Shown: positions 9,855 to 18,795 of the stretch, in pieces | Position numbering within the stretch: position 1 is the stretch's first letter | Layout: the number at the start of each line of letters is the position of its first letter | Source of the DNA: a virus | Taxonomy: Duplodnaviria > Caudoviricetes | Reading direction: 5' to 3' (one strand) | DNA: 64,000 nt | IMG/VR virus record: IMGVR_UViG_3300028888_000047 | Span: 96,001-160,000 of that record | Program-made: the position numbers and the translations under genes | The notes under the pieces: model-generated | Seen by the model: only the letters and a program-made list of their open reading frames with translations | What the model was told of the DNA's origin: nothing | Database searches by the model: none

Positions 9855-10130
9855 TTACAAATTTTCAAGTTCTTCTTTTAGTTTTTTAAGTTCGTCATTT
9901 CCTTCAGCCATAAACAAAGCAAAAAGTTTTTGCCTAATTAAATCATTTCTTGAGGCGATTTCGAATGTTTTATAGCCTCCAGAAGGTAAAGCAACGCCAA
10001 ATGATATAAATGCTTTTTTATGGTACTTAACAGAATATTCGAAATTTTCTTCTAACTGCTTTATTGAACGTTCTGTTTCTCGTATTTTTCCCAATAAAAC
10101 ATAACCTTTTTCTATTTGTTCTTTTGTCAT
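9855..10130 (-). CDS. hypothetical protein
   Basis: 91 aa ORF. Confidence 0.7.
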   Translation of the reverse strand: MTKEQIEKGYVLLGKIRETERSIKQLEENFEYSVKYHKKAFISFGVALPSGGYKTFEIASRNDLIRQKLFALFMAEGNDELKKLKEELENL

Positions 10131-10133
10131 ATT

Positions 10134-10601
10134 CTAATCTATTTTTTCAGTTTCACTTAATTCATCGTAACGACCATACCATGTGTCGTTGTCAAATGAT
10201 TCTCTTATGTTATCATATATTTCACCTGTCACATCAAGTCTTCCTGATTGCCAACTTGTTTGAACGTCAATTGAGAACCATCCGCCATCTTTTGTTCTAA
10301 CAAACCAAATTAGATTTTTATCATATTTTGGTATATTACATGCTACAAAATAATCAGTTTCTTTTGCAAATAAATGGTCAGATATTTCAATCTCTTCTTG
10401 CCATATATCATATAATGGCCTTATTGTTCCTCTATGAAATGATTCAAAATACCTGTGTTTTGCTTCATTAGCGCCAATTACCTCATTTACTGTGGCAATA
10501 AAATGTCTACTTGGGCCGCATTTTCCATCATCAAAAAAATGGTATTTCTTTCCGACTTCAGGAACTGGTGTTTCAGTTGCAAATTTCTTTTTCTTTGACA
10601 T
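10134..10601 (-). CDS. conserved hypothetical phage protein
   Basis: FFDDGK..SRH..WFVRTKDGGWFS; TAG stop; promoter at ~10625. Confidence 0.75.
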   Translation of the reverse strand: MSKKKKFATETPVPEVGKKYHFFDDGKCGPSRHFIATVNEVIGANEAKHRYFESFHRGTIRPLYDIWQEEIEISDHLFAKETDYFVACNIPKYDKNLIWFVRTKDGGWFSIDVQTSWQSGRLDVTGEIYDNIRESFDNDTWYGRYDELSETEKID

Positions 10602-10756
10602 ATACTTAGATAATTTATTTAACCCAAAGATAAGAAAAAAAATTGATATAAACGAAAAAAAAGTGTTAAAAAACGTTAAATGGCAGAAGATTATTCATCT
10701 TCTGCCTTATTCCATATAGGTTAAAATGTGTATATATTCAATAAACTTTGGTTTTA

Positions 10757-11368
10757 TTACATATACAACTTATTTGCGGATATGATTTCCAATACGCCTT
10801 GTGGAAGCAAAGGAAATATAATCTTCCTCTCCTTAATCAATCTCCTTATATATGTTGATGAAATTGCAAATGGAAGGATGAATACGTGTTTATATTCATA
10901 TGTTTTTCCATCAGTGCTTTCAACCTTTCTTATTTGCCAATCATTACCCGAAAGATGCGTACCTACGTTATCCCTTTCAAGAGAAATGATTTTATAGAAT
11001 GGAAGAATATCTGTTGATGCTTCTTTCCAATATGGTATTTTATCTGCCGTGTCAGAGCCACAAATTATATACAGTTCATCGTTTTTGTATTTTTCCCTGA
11101 AATAGTTCAATGGCTTATTGGCGTAATAAGGAGGCTCAAATGTACCTTCAATATCAGATACTTCAACTAATTTTCCAAATGGTAGAATAGCCTGACTAAT
11201 CATTTCAACTCTTAAATCAAATGGGGCGGGATTAATATCCTTTTTCCAAGGGTTATGTCCCGATGGAACAACAATTACCTTGTCAACAAAATTCAATGCC
11301 TCCCGTATCATATTGATGTGACCAATATGTATTGGGTCAAATGAACCTAATAAAAAACCTATTTTCAT
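10757..11368 (-). CDS. nadD: nicotinate/nicotinamide mononucleotide adenylyltransferase
   Basis: GSFDPIHIGH, NPWK, ICGSD..W, ISSTYIR motifs. Confidence 0.9.
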   Translation of the reverse strand: MKIGFLLGSFDPIHIGHINMIREALNFVDKVIVVPSGHNPWKKDINPAPFDLRVEMISQAILPFGKLVEVSDIEGTFEPPYYANKPLNYFREKYKNDELYIICGSDTADKIPYWKEASTDILPFYKIISLERDNVGTHLSGNDWQIRKVESTDGKTYEYKHVFILPFAISSTYIRRLIKERKIIFPLLPQGVLEIISANKLYM

Positions 11369-11370
11369 GA

Positions 11371-12150
11371 CTATTCACAGCAATCATATGCTCCCCACAT
11401 TTCTCCATTCATAAGCGCATTATATGCGCACATGCCATAGCCCATAGCATCAGGATAACCACCTCCAACGAATCTACGAGGAACTTGAGCACCATTTTGA
11501 GGATATATTCTAACAGAATTACACTGATATGTGTCGAAAGCGTATTTCAACTTATCGCACTGGGCAACAACGAACACTCTGCGTTCATCATCCATACAAG
11601 TGATTGGCTCTTTTTGTTCCCAATTCTCGTTTACCTTTATTGTTATTTGTTTTCTTGTTGTGGTTGGTTTGCTATTGTTTGGGTTAACAAGGCCAGGAGT
11701 CTTATCATACATTGGGCTTGTTCTATTAACGTTTCCGCTGCAAGCACCTGTATTTTTAGGGTTTCCGAACATAAGCTGTTCATTAACGCCAAGCCTACGT
11801 AGCTTGTTGCTTCCCTCAATCCAAGCAAAACGCTTTTTGGCTAAAGTTCTAAGTGCCTCATCTATTTCTGCTTGTGTGCATGACCTCCAATAATCCATGT
11901 CATCATCATTTATGGTGTATTCACATGTAGATTCATCGGAAAAATCATAATCAAAAACACATTCGCTTTTCCATTTACCATTACTATCTTGTACATAATG
12001 GTTGGGGTTATAATAGCAAATTAGAGAATAATCGACACCGCCCCCTTCTTCAACTGGGTCATATGTTTCGCCACCAAATATCGCAAATGAATTGTGGCAA
12101 GATTTTTGGGTGATAAATTCTCCCTTTTCGAACTTTAATTTTGATTTCAT
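11371..12150 (-). CDS. hypothetical protein
   Basis: 259 aa ORF. Confidence 0.75.
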   Translation of the reverse strand: MKSKLKFEKGEFITQKSCHNSFAIFGGETYDPVEEGGGVDYSLICYYNPNHYVQDSNGKWKSECVFDYDFSDESTCEYTINDDDMDYWRSCTQAEIDEALRTLAKKRFAWIEGSNKLRRLGVNEQLMFGNPKNTGACSGNVNRTSPMYDKTPGLVNPNNSKPTTTRKQITIKVNENWEQKEPITCMDDERRVFVVAQCDKLKYAFDTYQCNSVRIYPQNGAQVPRRFVGGGYPDAMGYGMCAYNALMNGEMWGAYDCCE

Positions 12151-12158
12151 TTTATTGT

Positions 12159-12476
12159 TTATTCAAATTCGTGATTAATCGAAAAATTGTATAAATACAG
12201 CAAATCTTTATTCATCATATCTGTCCAAAGATAAACCCCAGGATATGAAGCAGGTATTACTTTTCCTTCTTTTGTGAAGTGATAAACATATGTGCGTTTT
12301 GAATCAGCAGATACATTTATCTCAACGTGCATTGAATAATCTTCGCTTTGTTCTTTCTTTATTTGGCAAAGAATATCCAAAAATGTTTCAACGCTACTAC
12401 ATTCTCCAATCGCTTTATCTTTATAGTATATAATGCCTTTAAGATTGCTATTTATATTATTGTTTATAGTAATCAT
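12159..12476 (-). CDS. hypothetical protein
   Basis: ORF directly after TATATTTG promoter. Confidence 0.7.
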   Translation of the reverse strand: MITINNNINSNLKGIIYYKDKAIGECSSVETFLDILCQIKKEQSEDYSMHVEINVSADSKRTYVYHFTKEGKVIPASYPGVYLWTDMMNKDLLYLYNFSINHEFE

Positions 12477-12547
12477 ACTTAATGCAAATATACAATAAAT
12501 CTGTGAGAAAGGTAAATTATTTAAGTTAATTAAAGTTAAACTAACTA

Positions 12548-12847
12548 TTAATCTTTTTCATCCATCAAGATTGAATGTACGTTTTTTAATTCTTTCCTTT
12601 TACCAAATGGTCTCTTCGTTACTGACACATAAGAATCTATTACCTTGTTTATTTCTTCCTCAGTGTCGTAAGGCCCAATCCATATTGTCTTTTTCCACGC
12701 TTCATGATGAGCAAAATATTTGCCATCTTTATTTTGTTTTATTTCAAATTGGCCTGCTGTTATTTGTTTTTGAAACCATTTTGGTTCAACTTGCCTTTTT
12801 TTAGGTAGATGCTCCAACGCAGCATTCTTCAATTGTTTTTTTACCAT
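12548..12847 (-). CDS. hypothetical protein
   Basis: 99 aa ORF. Confidence 0.65.
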   Translation of the reverse strand: MVKKQLKNAALEHLPKKRQVEPKWFQKQITAGQFEIKQNKDGKYFAHHEAWKKTIWIGPYDTEEEINKVIDSYVSVTKRPFGKRKELKNVHSILMDEKD

Positions 12848-13118
12848 CTTTTATATCCACTATTTCGCAATATACGTTTGTCCAAAATTTATTCCCTTCA
12901 GGGGTTTCATTCCATGCAAAACTAAACATTATAATTTCTTCTGGCATGTTATTCCTTGAATAAAGTTCTATGAATTTTTTTACGGAACCATGCTTCGAAA
13001 TTATATGATATTTATCTCCACGTTTTATTTCAAGTTTTAAATTATTTAACCATTTTTTATATATCAATTTTTCTTTCAAATATCTATAAAATTGTCTTTT
13101 TGTCATATAAGTTCCCAA
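12801..13118 (-). CDS. FxWxxTxEGxxFW paralog family protein
   Basis: FYRYLKEKLIY..FAWNETPEGNKFW. Confidence 0.7.
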   Translation of the reverse strand: MGTYMTKRQFYRYLKEKLIYKKWLNNLKLEIKRGDKYHIISKHGSVKKFIELYSRNNMPEEIIMFSFAWNETPEGNKFWTNVYCEIVDIKDGKKTIEECCVGAST

Positions 13119-14083
13119 TTTTTAACAAAGTTTTCATACCCATTGAGGAAATCAGTTAATTTCATCTTCTTACAACCCTCAAGTTGCAATTCATTTATCT
13201 TTAAACATCCATTTGAAACAAATAAAAGCAAACCATCATCAACAACAGTAAAATGTGATTTATTTTTTACAGTATTAGAAGAATTATTAGATACTAATTT
13301 GGCATCAAATATTTTTATTGATTTGCCATTATACTTGTCATCCGATTTAATAGTACACCAAGCTCCTGGCTTATCTGAAAACGCTCTTATATGATTCAAT
13401 ACATCATTGACATCATTACTTAAATCAAGCTTTGTATTTTCATGCGTTAATTTTGGCGCTTTATGTTTATACTGTGTTAAATCCTGTTTTATTGTATTTG
13501 GCTTTCCATCTGCTTCCATTATAAACCTTAATGTTTCTCCGCATAATCCAATACACGGTCCAAGGCTTAACATTTTATATATTTCGATGAAGTTTCTGCC
13601 TGAATAATTTGGTATAGAAGTTTGACAAATAATGTCTCCATCATCCATTTTCTTATTGAGGTAAAAAGATGTTAATCCAATTCGTTTTTCTCCATTTGCA
13701 ATTGCCCAATTGATGGGTGCTGCCCCTCTATAATCAGGAAGAAGAGAACCATGAATATTAAATGCGCCATATTTTGCCATTGCTAAAACCGATTCAGGAA
13801 TCATTTGATAAGCAATAACAATGAATATGTTTCCATTTAATGCCCCCAATTTAGCATGGAAATCTTTACTTTCCAAATTTGTAGGCTGTAATATAGGAAG
13901 TTCCAATTCCTCTGCCAAATCTTTAATTGGAGTTGTTTCAGTTTTCTTTTTTCGTGGATTATAATAATCAGGTTTGGTTACAACGCCAACCACATTATAG
14001 CCATTAAGCATAAGAGCATTTAATGTTGGGTAGCCAAAATCTGTTGTTCCGAAAAAAACTATTCTCAAATCACCTTTCTGCAT
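13103..14083 (-). CDS. fmt: methionyl-tRNA formyltransferase
   Basis: IVFFGT.DF, VVTKPD, NIHGSLLPDYRGAAPINWAI, MDDGDI, APKL, LQLEGCK. Confidence 0.95.
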   Translation of the reverse strand: MQKGDLRIVFFGTTDFGYPTLNALMLNGYNVVGVVTKPDYYNPRKKKTETTPIKDLAEELELPILQPTNLESKDFHAKLGALNGNIFIVIAYQMIPESVLAMAKYGAFNIHGSLLPDYRGAAPINWAIANGEKRIGLTSFYLNKKMDDGDIICQTSIPNYSGRNFIEIYKMLSLGPCIGLCGETLRFIMEADGKPNTIKQDLTQYKHKAPKLTHENTKLDLSNDVNDVLNHIRAFSDKPGAWCTIKSDDKYNGKSIKIFDAKLVSNNSSNTVKNKSHFTVVDDGLLLFVSNGCLKINELQLEGCKKMKLTDFLNGYENFVKNWELI

Positions 14084-14394
14084 AATTCTTGTCCTCCAAA
14101 CTCCTCCGTATATTGTTTTTTGAATAAAGTATGAATGTCATACCAAAAATCGTACCCTTCTTTAGTCTTATCCCATACAAACAACATTGTTATTAAATTT
14201 TCAAAACCATTGTCATTACCACAATCAATTAAAGAATTATTTGGGTATTCATATTGGTAGTTATTTTGTATTTTTTTATCATTTATATTTTTTTTATATT
14301 TGTGATATACTCCATTTTCTTTTAAAAACCTGAATAAAAAATTAAGCCTTTCTTTTTCCTCAGGAGAAGCGTCTTTTTTTCCTAACCTTATCAT
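14065..14394 (-). CDS. FxWxxTxEGxxFW paralog family protein
   Basis: FRFLKENGVY..FVWDKTKEGYDFW. Confidence 0.7.
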   Translation of the reverse strand: MIRLGKKDASPEEKERLNFLFRFLKENGVYHKYKKNINDKKIQNNYQYEYPNNSLIDCGNDNGFENLITMLFVWDKTKEGYDFWYDIHTLFKKQYTEEFGGQELCRKVI

Positions 14395-14427
14395 AATCAA
14401 TTGATTATATACATTATTAACTCTGCC

Positions 14428-14483
14428 GAAAATATACAAAAAAAACGTGAGATAAACAAATATCTCACGTTAAAGTATGTTAA
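14428..14483 (-). promoter_or_regulatory. fused terminator-promoter cassette (copy 1)
   Basis: AACGTGAGATA-TTTGTT-TATCTCACGTT hairpin, T-run, TATATTTT -7 variant. Confidence 0.7.
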
Positions 14484-14495
14484 TTCAATTGAAAT

Positions 14496-15395
14496 TTATT
14501 GGTAATATTTTCCATAGTTTTTAATGAAATTTTTGTAAGTCATCAAGCTAAAAACTTTTGGGTTTTGATTTTTAATGCTGTAATCTACAATATTAGAAAT
14601 AAAGGCTATTAAATTTTTAGGCAAATATCTACTTTCTTTAAAATTTTGATAATTGGTTTTCCATTCGTCTGTGTTTGAGTATTCATAATTATCATAAAAA
14701 TATTTCTGATACTGTGGTATCAACGATTTTATGTTATTTAATTCATATTGTTTCCTTTGATTACCAAGTTCACTTTGTTTTGTTTTAAGATATTCTTGAC
14801 CCTGTGTAGAGGATGTAAAAGAACCAATGTTTAACCATTTCATTGCAGATTGTAAATCAGTTATATTTTTTGAACAATCTGTTATATACTTATCAATTAA
14901 TTCTAATGCCTGTCTATTTTTTATAAACTTACCAACCCAAGTATTAAAATTATTTGGCGTTATGTTTTTTTGAACATATGTTAAAACATCTTTTTCTTGT
15001 ATTTCAGTGTCAATATAAACCTTTTCTCCATTTCTTTCTACATATTCTCTACTTCTGCTAAAATCCGCATTGGGAGTATTATTTCTATATTCAATTTGCC
15101 TAATATTATTAAGATGCGCGCCAAACCATTTATTCAAATAGTACATTTCTGTCATTTTACCTGTACCATTTGCATAAATACCGTATTTATTATTCCATTG
15201 TCCATTGGTTCTCGCATCCATATACATTGCAGCGGCATTCTTAAGCCAATTACCTGCTTTTCCTGCCATTTGACCTAATTGGCTACCCTTTAATGAATTC
15301 CATGCATTTCCAAACCACCCCTCTTCAAGCATGAATTCATCAATGGATTCATTTAATGCCTTTTTAACTATATCTTCTGTAATTATAACTCTCAT
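14496..15395 (-). CDS. hypothetical protein, possibly virion-associated/late
   Basis: N-terminal ITE..LNES..LEEG pattern; ATATTTAT motif upstream rather than sigma-A promoter. Confidence 0.65.
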   Translation of the reverse strand: MRVIITEDIVKKALNESIDEFMLEEGWFGNAWNSLKGSQLGQMAGKAGNWLKNAAAMYMDARTNGQWNNKYGIYANGTGKMTEMYYLNKWFGAHLNNIRQIEYRNNTPNADFSRSREYVERNGEKVYIDTEIQEKDVLTYVQKNITPNNFNTWVGKFIKNRQALELIDKYITDCSKNITDLQSAMKWLNIGSFTSSTQGQEYLKTKQSELGNQRKQYELNNIKSLIPQYQKYFYDNYEYSNTDEWKTNYQNFKESRYLPKNLIAFISNIVDYSIKNQNPKVFSLMTYKNFIKNYGKYYQ

Positions 15396-15517
15396 ATTTA
15401 TATATTTTTATATAAATATTCAGGATAACAAAAAAATAAAAGCGAGGCTCAAACGAACCTCGCCATTTTATTAAGATAATAACATAGCAGTTGGCATAAA
15501 TTAACCAATATGCACAG

Positions 15518-15727
15518 TTAATCCATATATGATTTTATAAGTTCTCTTAGATTATTATATTTTCTACCAACAGGCTTAATATTCCCATCGTCAAAAATTT
15601 GCACAATCGTCCAACCAACGATTTTATCATCTTGCTTATCGTCTATTAAAGCAGAAACTTTATAGCCATATGCTAAATGAATTGCTTCTGACAATTGTTC
15701 ATTTATTTCTTTTAATATGTTTTTCAT
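15518..15727 (-). CDS. hypothetical protein
   Basis: ORF, likely start MKNILKE. Confidence 0.55.
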   Translation of the reverse strand: MKNILKEINEQLSEAIHLAYGYKVSALIDDKQDDKIVGWTIVQIFDDGNIKPVGRKYNNLRELIKSYMD

Positions 15728-15773
15728 TATCCATTTTATTAAAAATGTGCCGACATCTATATTATTGCCTTTA

Positions 15774-16277
15774 TTAAACCTCAATGTAGCCTTTATCTTT
15801 GCCGTTTATAAAATCGCATATTATTTCCTTAGTTGTTTTTCCGCCAGCACGTTTCACATCAAGTTCTTCCTCAAGATAATCTCCACAGAAATAATAACAG
15901 CCTATACCTTTCATTGAAGAAAAGTCAAAATCCACCTTATATTTTCCCTCAAATATTGCCTTGCAAATTTCCTTAATAGCATTATCTGTTAATCTAATAC
16001 CTTTTTCGCAGGAGAATTCATCAGAAAGAGGTCCAATAAACGAAGCGTCAGTATCGCCTCCATATACCATATCTGCTGCAATAATGAGATTTCCATTAAC
16101 TAATGAAACGCCGCACACATAAAGGTCTGGGTCCCCAATATCATAGAGATAAATACGATTAAATGTCACTAACTCACCATTTTTTGTCTTCTGTGACAAA
16201 AGGTCTTTCAGAACACCAGCCCAATCAACATTTTCAGTTGGATATACCAACGCTTTAATTTCTTCTAATGTTTTCAT
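15774..16277 (-). CDS. hypothetical protein
   Basis: 167 aa ORF. Confidence 0.7.
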   Translation of the reverse strand: MKTLEEIKALVYPTENVDWAGVLKDLLSQKTKNGELVTFNRIYLYDIGDPDLYVCGVSLVNGNLIIAADMVYGGDTDASFIGPLSDEFSCEKGIRLTDNAIKEICKAIFEGKYKVDFDFSSMKGIGCYYFCGDYLEEELDVKRAGGKTTKEIICDFINGKDKGYIEV

Positions 16278-16278
16278 A

Positions 16279-16761
16279 TTAATCTATGCTTTTTATCAGT
16301 TCCATTATTTCTTCTGTAATATTATCAAAGAATTCAATGTCTTCCGAACAAAGACAATCATTTGCATATTCTTTAATACGATTAACCTTCTCAATTATTA
16401 ATTCTTTAGGTTTAATTGATTTTACAGCCTTTTCTGCGCTTTCTTTATAAATATAAAATTCGCCCAAATATGGCCTATAGCCACCAAGATAAAAGCCGCC
16501 TTTTAATCCACCATTTATAAGTTTACCATTTTCGTCAATGCCTATGAAATCAGTATAACGTTCAAGAAGTTTACCTGAATGGAATACACAGAATCTCCAA
16601 CAGCCACCATCAAGTTTCTTTTCTTGCCATATTTTTTTAGACACCTTATCGCCATCAGAATCTCCTAATTTTCGTTCAACTACTTTACCGTCTTTTATTT
16701 CATAAATAACACCTAGTTCATTAACTTTTTTCCAAAGTTTTTCTAAATAATTCTTTCTCAT
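16279..16761 (-). CDS. hypothetical protein
   Basis: 160 aa ORF. Confidence 0.7.
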   Translation of the reverse strand: MRKNYLEKLWKKVNELGVIYEIKDGKVVERKLGDSDGDKVSKKIWQEKKLDGGCWRFCVFHSGKLLERYTDFIGIDENGKLINGGLKGGFYLGGYRPYLGEFYIYKESAEKAVKSIKPKELIIEKVNRIKEYANDCLCSEDIEFFDNITEEIMELIKSID

Positions 16762-16767
16762 ATTAAT

Positions 16768-17214
16768 CTATGTTTTTAAATAATTTGTTTTATTCAATTT
16801 ATTTTCTAAGTTATGCATGTTTTCTGGCGCTTCCAAAGCAAGCCCTTTCTCAATTAGTCCACGATAATCAAAGTGATGAGCATTAAGCCAATCAATTGCC
16901 TCATATAATGTATTCCACTTATAGTCATCTTCCGAATGAAAATAATTTCTTGCTTTATAACCAAGTATTCCGTCTATTATTTTTTCTAATTCTTTTTGTT
17001 CTTCCTCAGTCATAGAAGACATTGGACGGAGATATGGTGTATAGTCAGATATTGACAACGACCAATTTAAATTAAGAGCTATCTTCACTTGATTATGACA
17101 AAATGGAGCTAACCCTTCTATTATTTCAGGTCCTCTATTAGTTCTAACCTTTACCCCATACGGCAACCTTGCAGAAAGGTCTTGGAATAATAGGAATTTT
17201 TCTTCTTGTGTCAT
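16768..17214 (-). CDS. conserved Bacteroidetes-phage hypothetical protein
   Basis: DLSARLPYGVK..PYLRPMSSMTEEE..WLNAHHFDYRGLIEKGLALEAPE; TAG stop. Confidence 0.8.
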   Translation of the reverse strand: MTQEEKFLLFQDLSARLPYGVKVRTNRGPEIIEGLAPFCHNQVKIALNLNWSLSISDYTPYLRPMSSMTEEEQKELEKIIDGILGYKARNYFHSEDDYKWNTLYEAIDWLNAHHFDYRGLIEKGLALEAPENMHNLENKLNKTNYLKT

Positions 17215-17363
17215 AACTTTACTATTACCTAAGTTGATACCACTTTACTAAGAAAATCACGAAAGCAACAAGTTCTAAGGCTGTTGCAGTAAGCCACACA
17301 TACGTCATACTCTTTATGCTACTAATTTAACCATTTTATTTTATCCGTATCTTATTTATGCTG

Positions 17364-17418
17364 CAAAGATAACAAAAAAACGTGGAACAACCAAATATTC
17401 CACGTTAAATAATGTTAA
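17364..17418 (-). promoter_or_regulatory. fused terminator-promoter cassette (copy 2)
   Basis: AACGTGGAA..TTCCACGTT hairpin, T-run, TATCTTTG. Confidence 0.75.
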
Positions 17419-17437
17419 AAATCTTCTTTCAATTATA

Positions 17438-17860
17438 TTAAGCTGTTTTTCTATCTGCTTTTTCTTGTTCTTCCTTTTCCATTTCCTTAAGGTTTTCATC
17501 ATAGATGAATAGAATAACCTCATATAAGCCATCATAAAGCTCACGAAGCTTTTGCTCAGTAAACTTCTTCTTAGCCTCACGGAGAACTGTTACAGCCTCA
17601 ACCTCGATAAAGTTAATCTTGTACTTTTCTGGCTTTTTCTTGTCAACGCACCAAGCATCAACCCAAGGCAATGTTTTACCAACATAACCAAGATATTCTG
17701 CAAACATTAAGAACAAAGGCGCAGAAAGATTATATTTACCCTCACCAATAAGTTCTTTTAAATCGCCCTCATATCCATTTTCCTCACTCTTTACTTCAGG
17801 CTTTTCGTCTACTGCCGTCTGAGTTGCAGTACCCTTTTTCAGTTCTTCATTATTTTCCAT
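17438..17860 (-). CDS. hypothetical protein
   Basis: 140 aa ORF. Confidence 0.75.
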   Translation of the reverse strand: MENNEELKKGTATQTAVDEKPEVKSEENGYEGDLKELIGEGKYNLSAPLFLMFAEYLGYVGKTLPWVDAWCVDKKKPEKYKINFIEVEAVTVLREAKKKFTEQKLRELYDGLYEVILFIYDENLKEMEKEEQEKADRKTA

Positions 17861-18010
17861 TGCAATAATATTTAATCTGATTTTTAATAATAAGTTTCGT
17901 GATATTCCACAGTTGAAGTTAATATTTGCTTAACGGTTGCACTTTTGTGCTGTGTTTTACCTTCTTTTGCTTCTATTATGCTCGAAGCAAATACAAAATT
18001 TTCATTACTA

Positions 18011-18706
18011 TTATTCATTATTTTCTAAACTATTTTCTTCAACTGGTAAATCCCCAAGAGATATTTCACAACTTCTACCGTTCATAAGTTTTGCTACAGC
18101 ATTATATTCAGCAAACTCCCTTTCAAGCTTCCAATCGTTTTTAGGGGTAAATCGGTTGTAGTCTTCCTTGTTATTGATTGGCACAACCTTACCTTTTGTG
18201 GAAACCTTATATGGTTTTCTATATTCTTCAGTAATATCTATACCAAAAAACGATGTAAAGCCTCTTTTAAACCTGAACCAACGGCTTTTTTCTAATTCTT
18301 TTATTTTTTCCCTTACTTCACTATTTGAAGGGTAATGTGTTAATTCCTTTTCATTGTTTTGCTTTTTCTTTTCTTCTACTGTAAAATATTCGGTGTTCTC
18401 ATCAGTTCTATTCTGACGTGAGCCATATTTCTCCATCCATTCGTTATTGCTATAGCTTCTATTGTTTTGGCTTCTATATTGATGCGAGGTACTATACCTG
18501 TTTTCTCCATAGTAGTCATAAGGTTCATAGTCGCCCAACCATGAAATGGGTTCTTTCTTTAATTCCCTTATCATTGCCAACACTGAATAAATCAGCAGTA
18601 TAACCAATGGAGTTAAATATGTGGTGTCGGGATTATAAGAATCTACCATTATTCCAAGGTAGTAGAGCGAAAGCAACGCCACCACAAAAGATAAAAATGC
18701 AAACAT
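18011..18706 (-). CDS. membrane protein (two N-terminal TMs)
   Basis: hydrophobic N-terminus, promoter at ~18746. Confidence 0.7.
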   Translation of the reverse strand: MFAFLSFVVALLSLYYLGIMVDSYNPDTTYLTPLVILLIYSVLAMIRELKKEPISWLGDYEPYDYYGENRYSTSHQYRSQNNRSYSNNEWMEKYGSRQNRTDENTEYFTVEEKKKQNNEKELTHYPSNSEVREKIKELEKSRWFRFKRGFTSFFGIDITEEYRKPYKVSTKGKVVPINNKEDYNRFTPKNDWKLEREFAEYNAVAKLMNGRSCEISLGDLPVEENSLENNE

Positions 18707-18795
18707 ATATTATTTCTATTGTGCTACAATATATTAACTTTAAGCAAATATACAAATAAAATGTCTATAAAAGAAATATATTAAGTTAAATAAAG

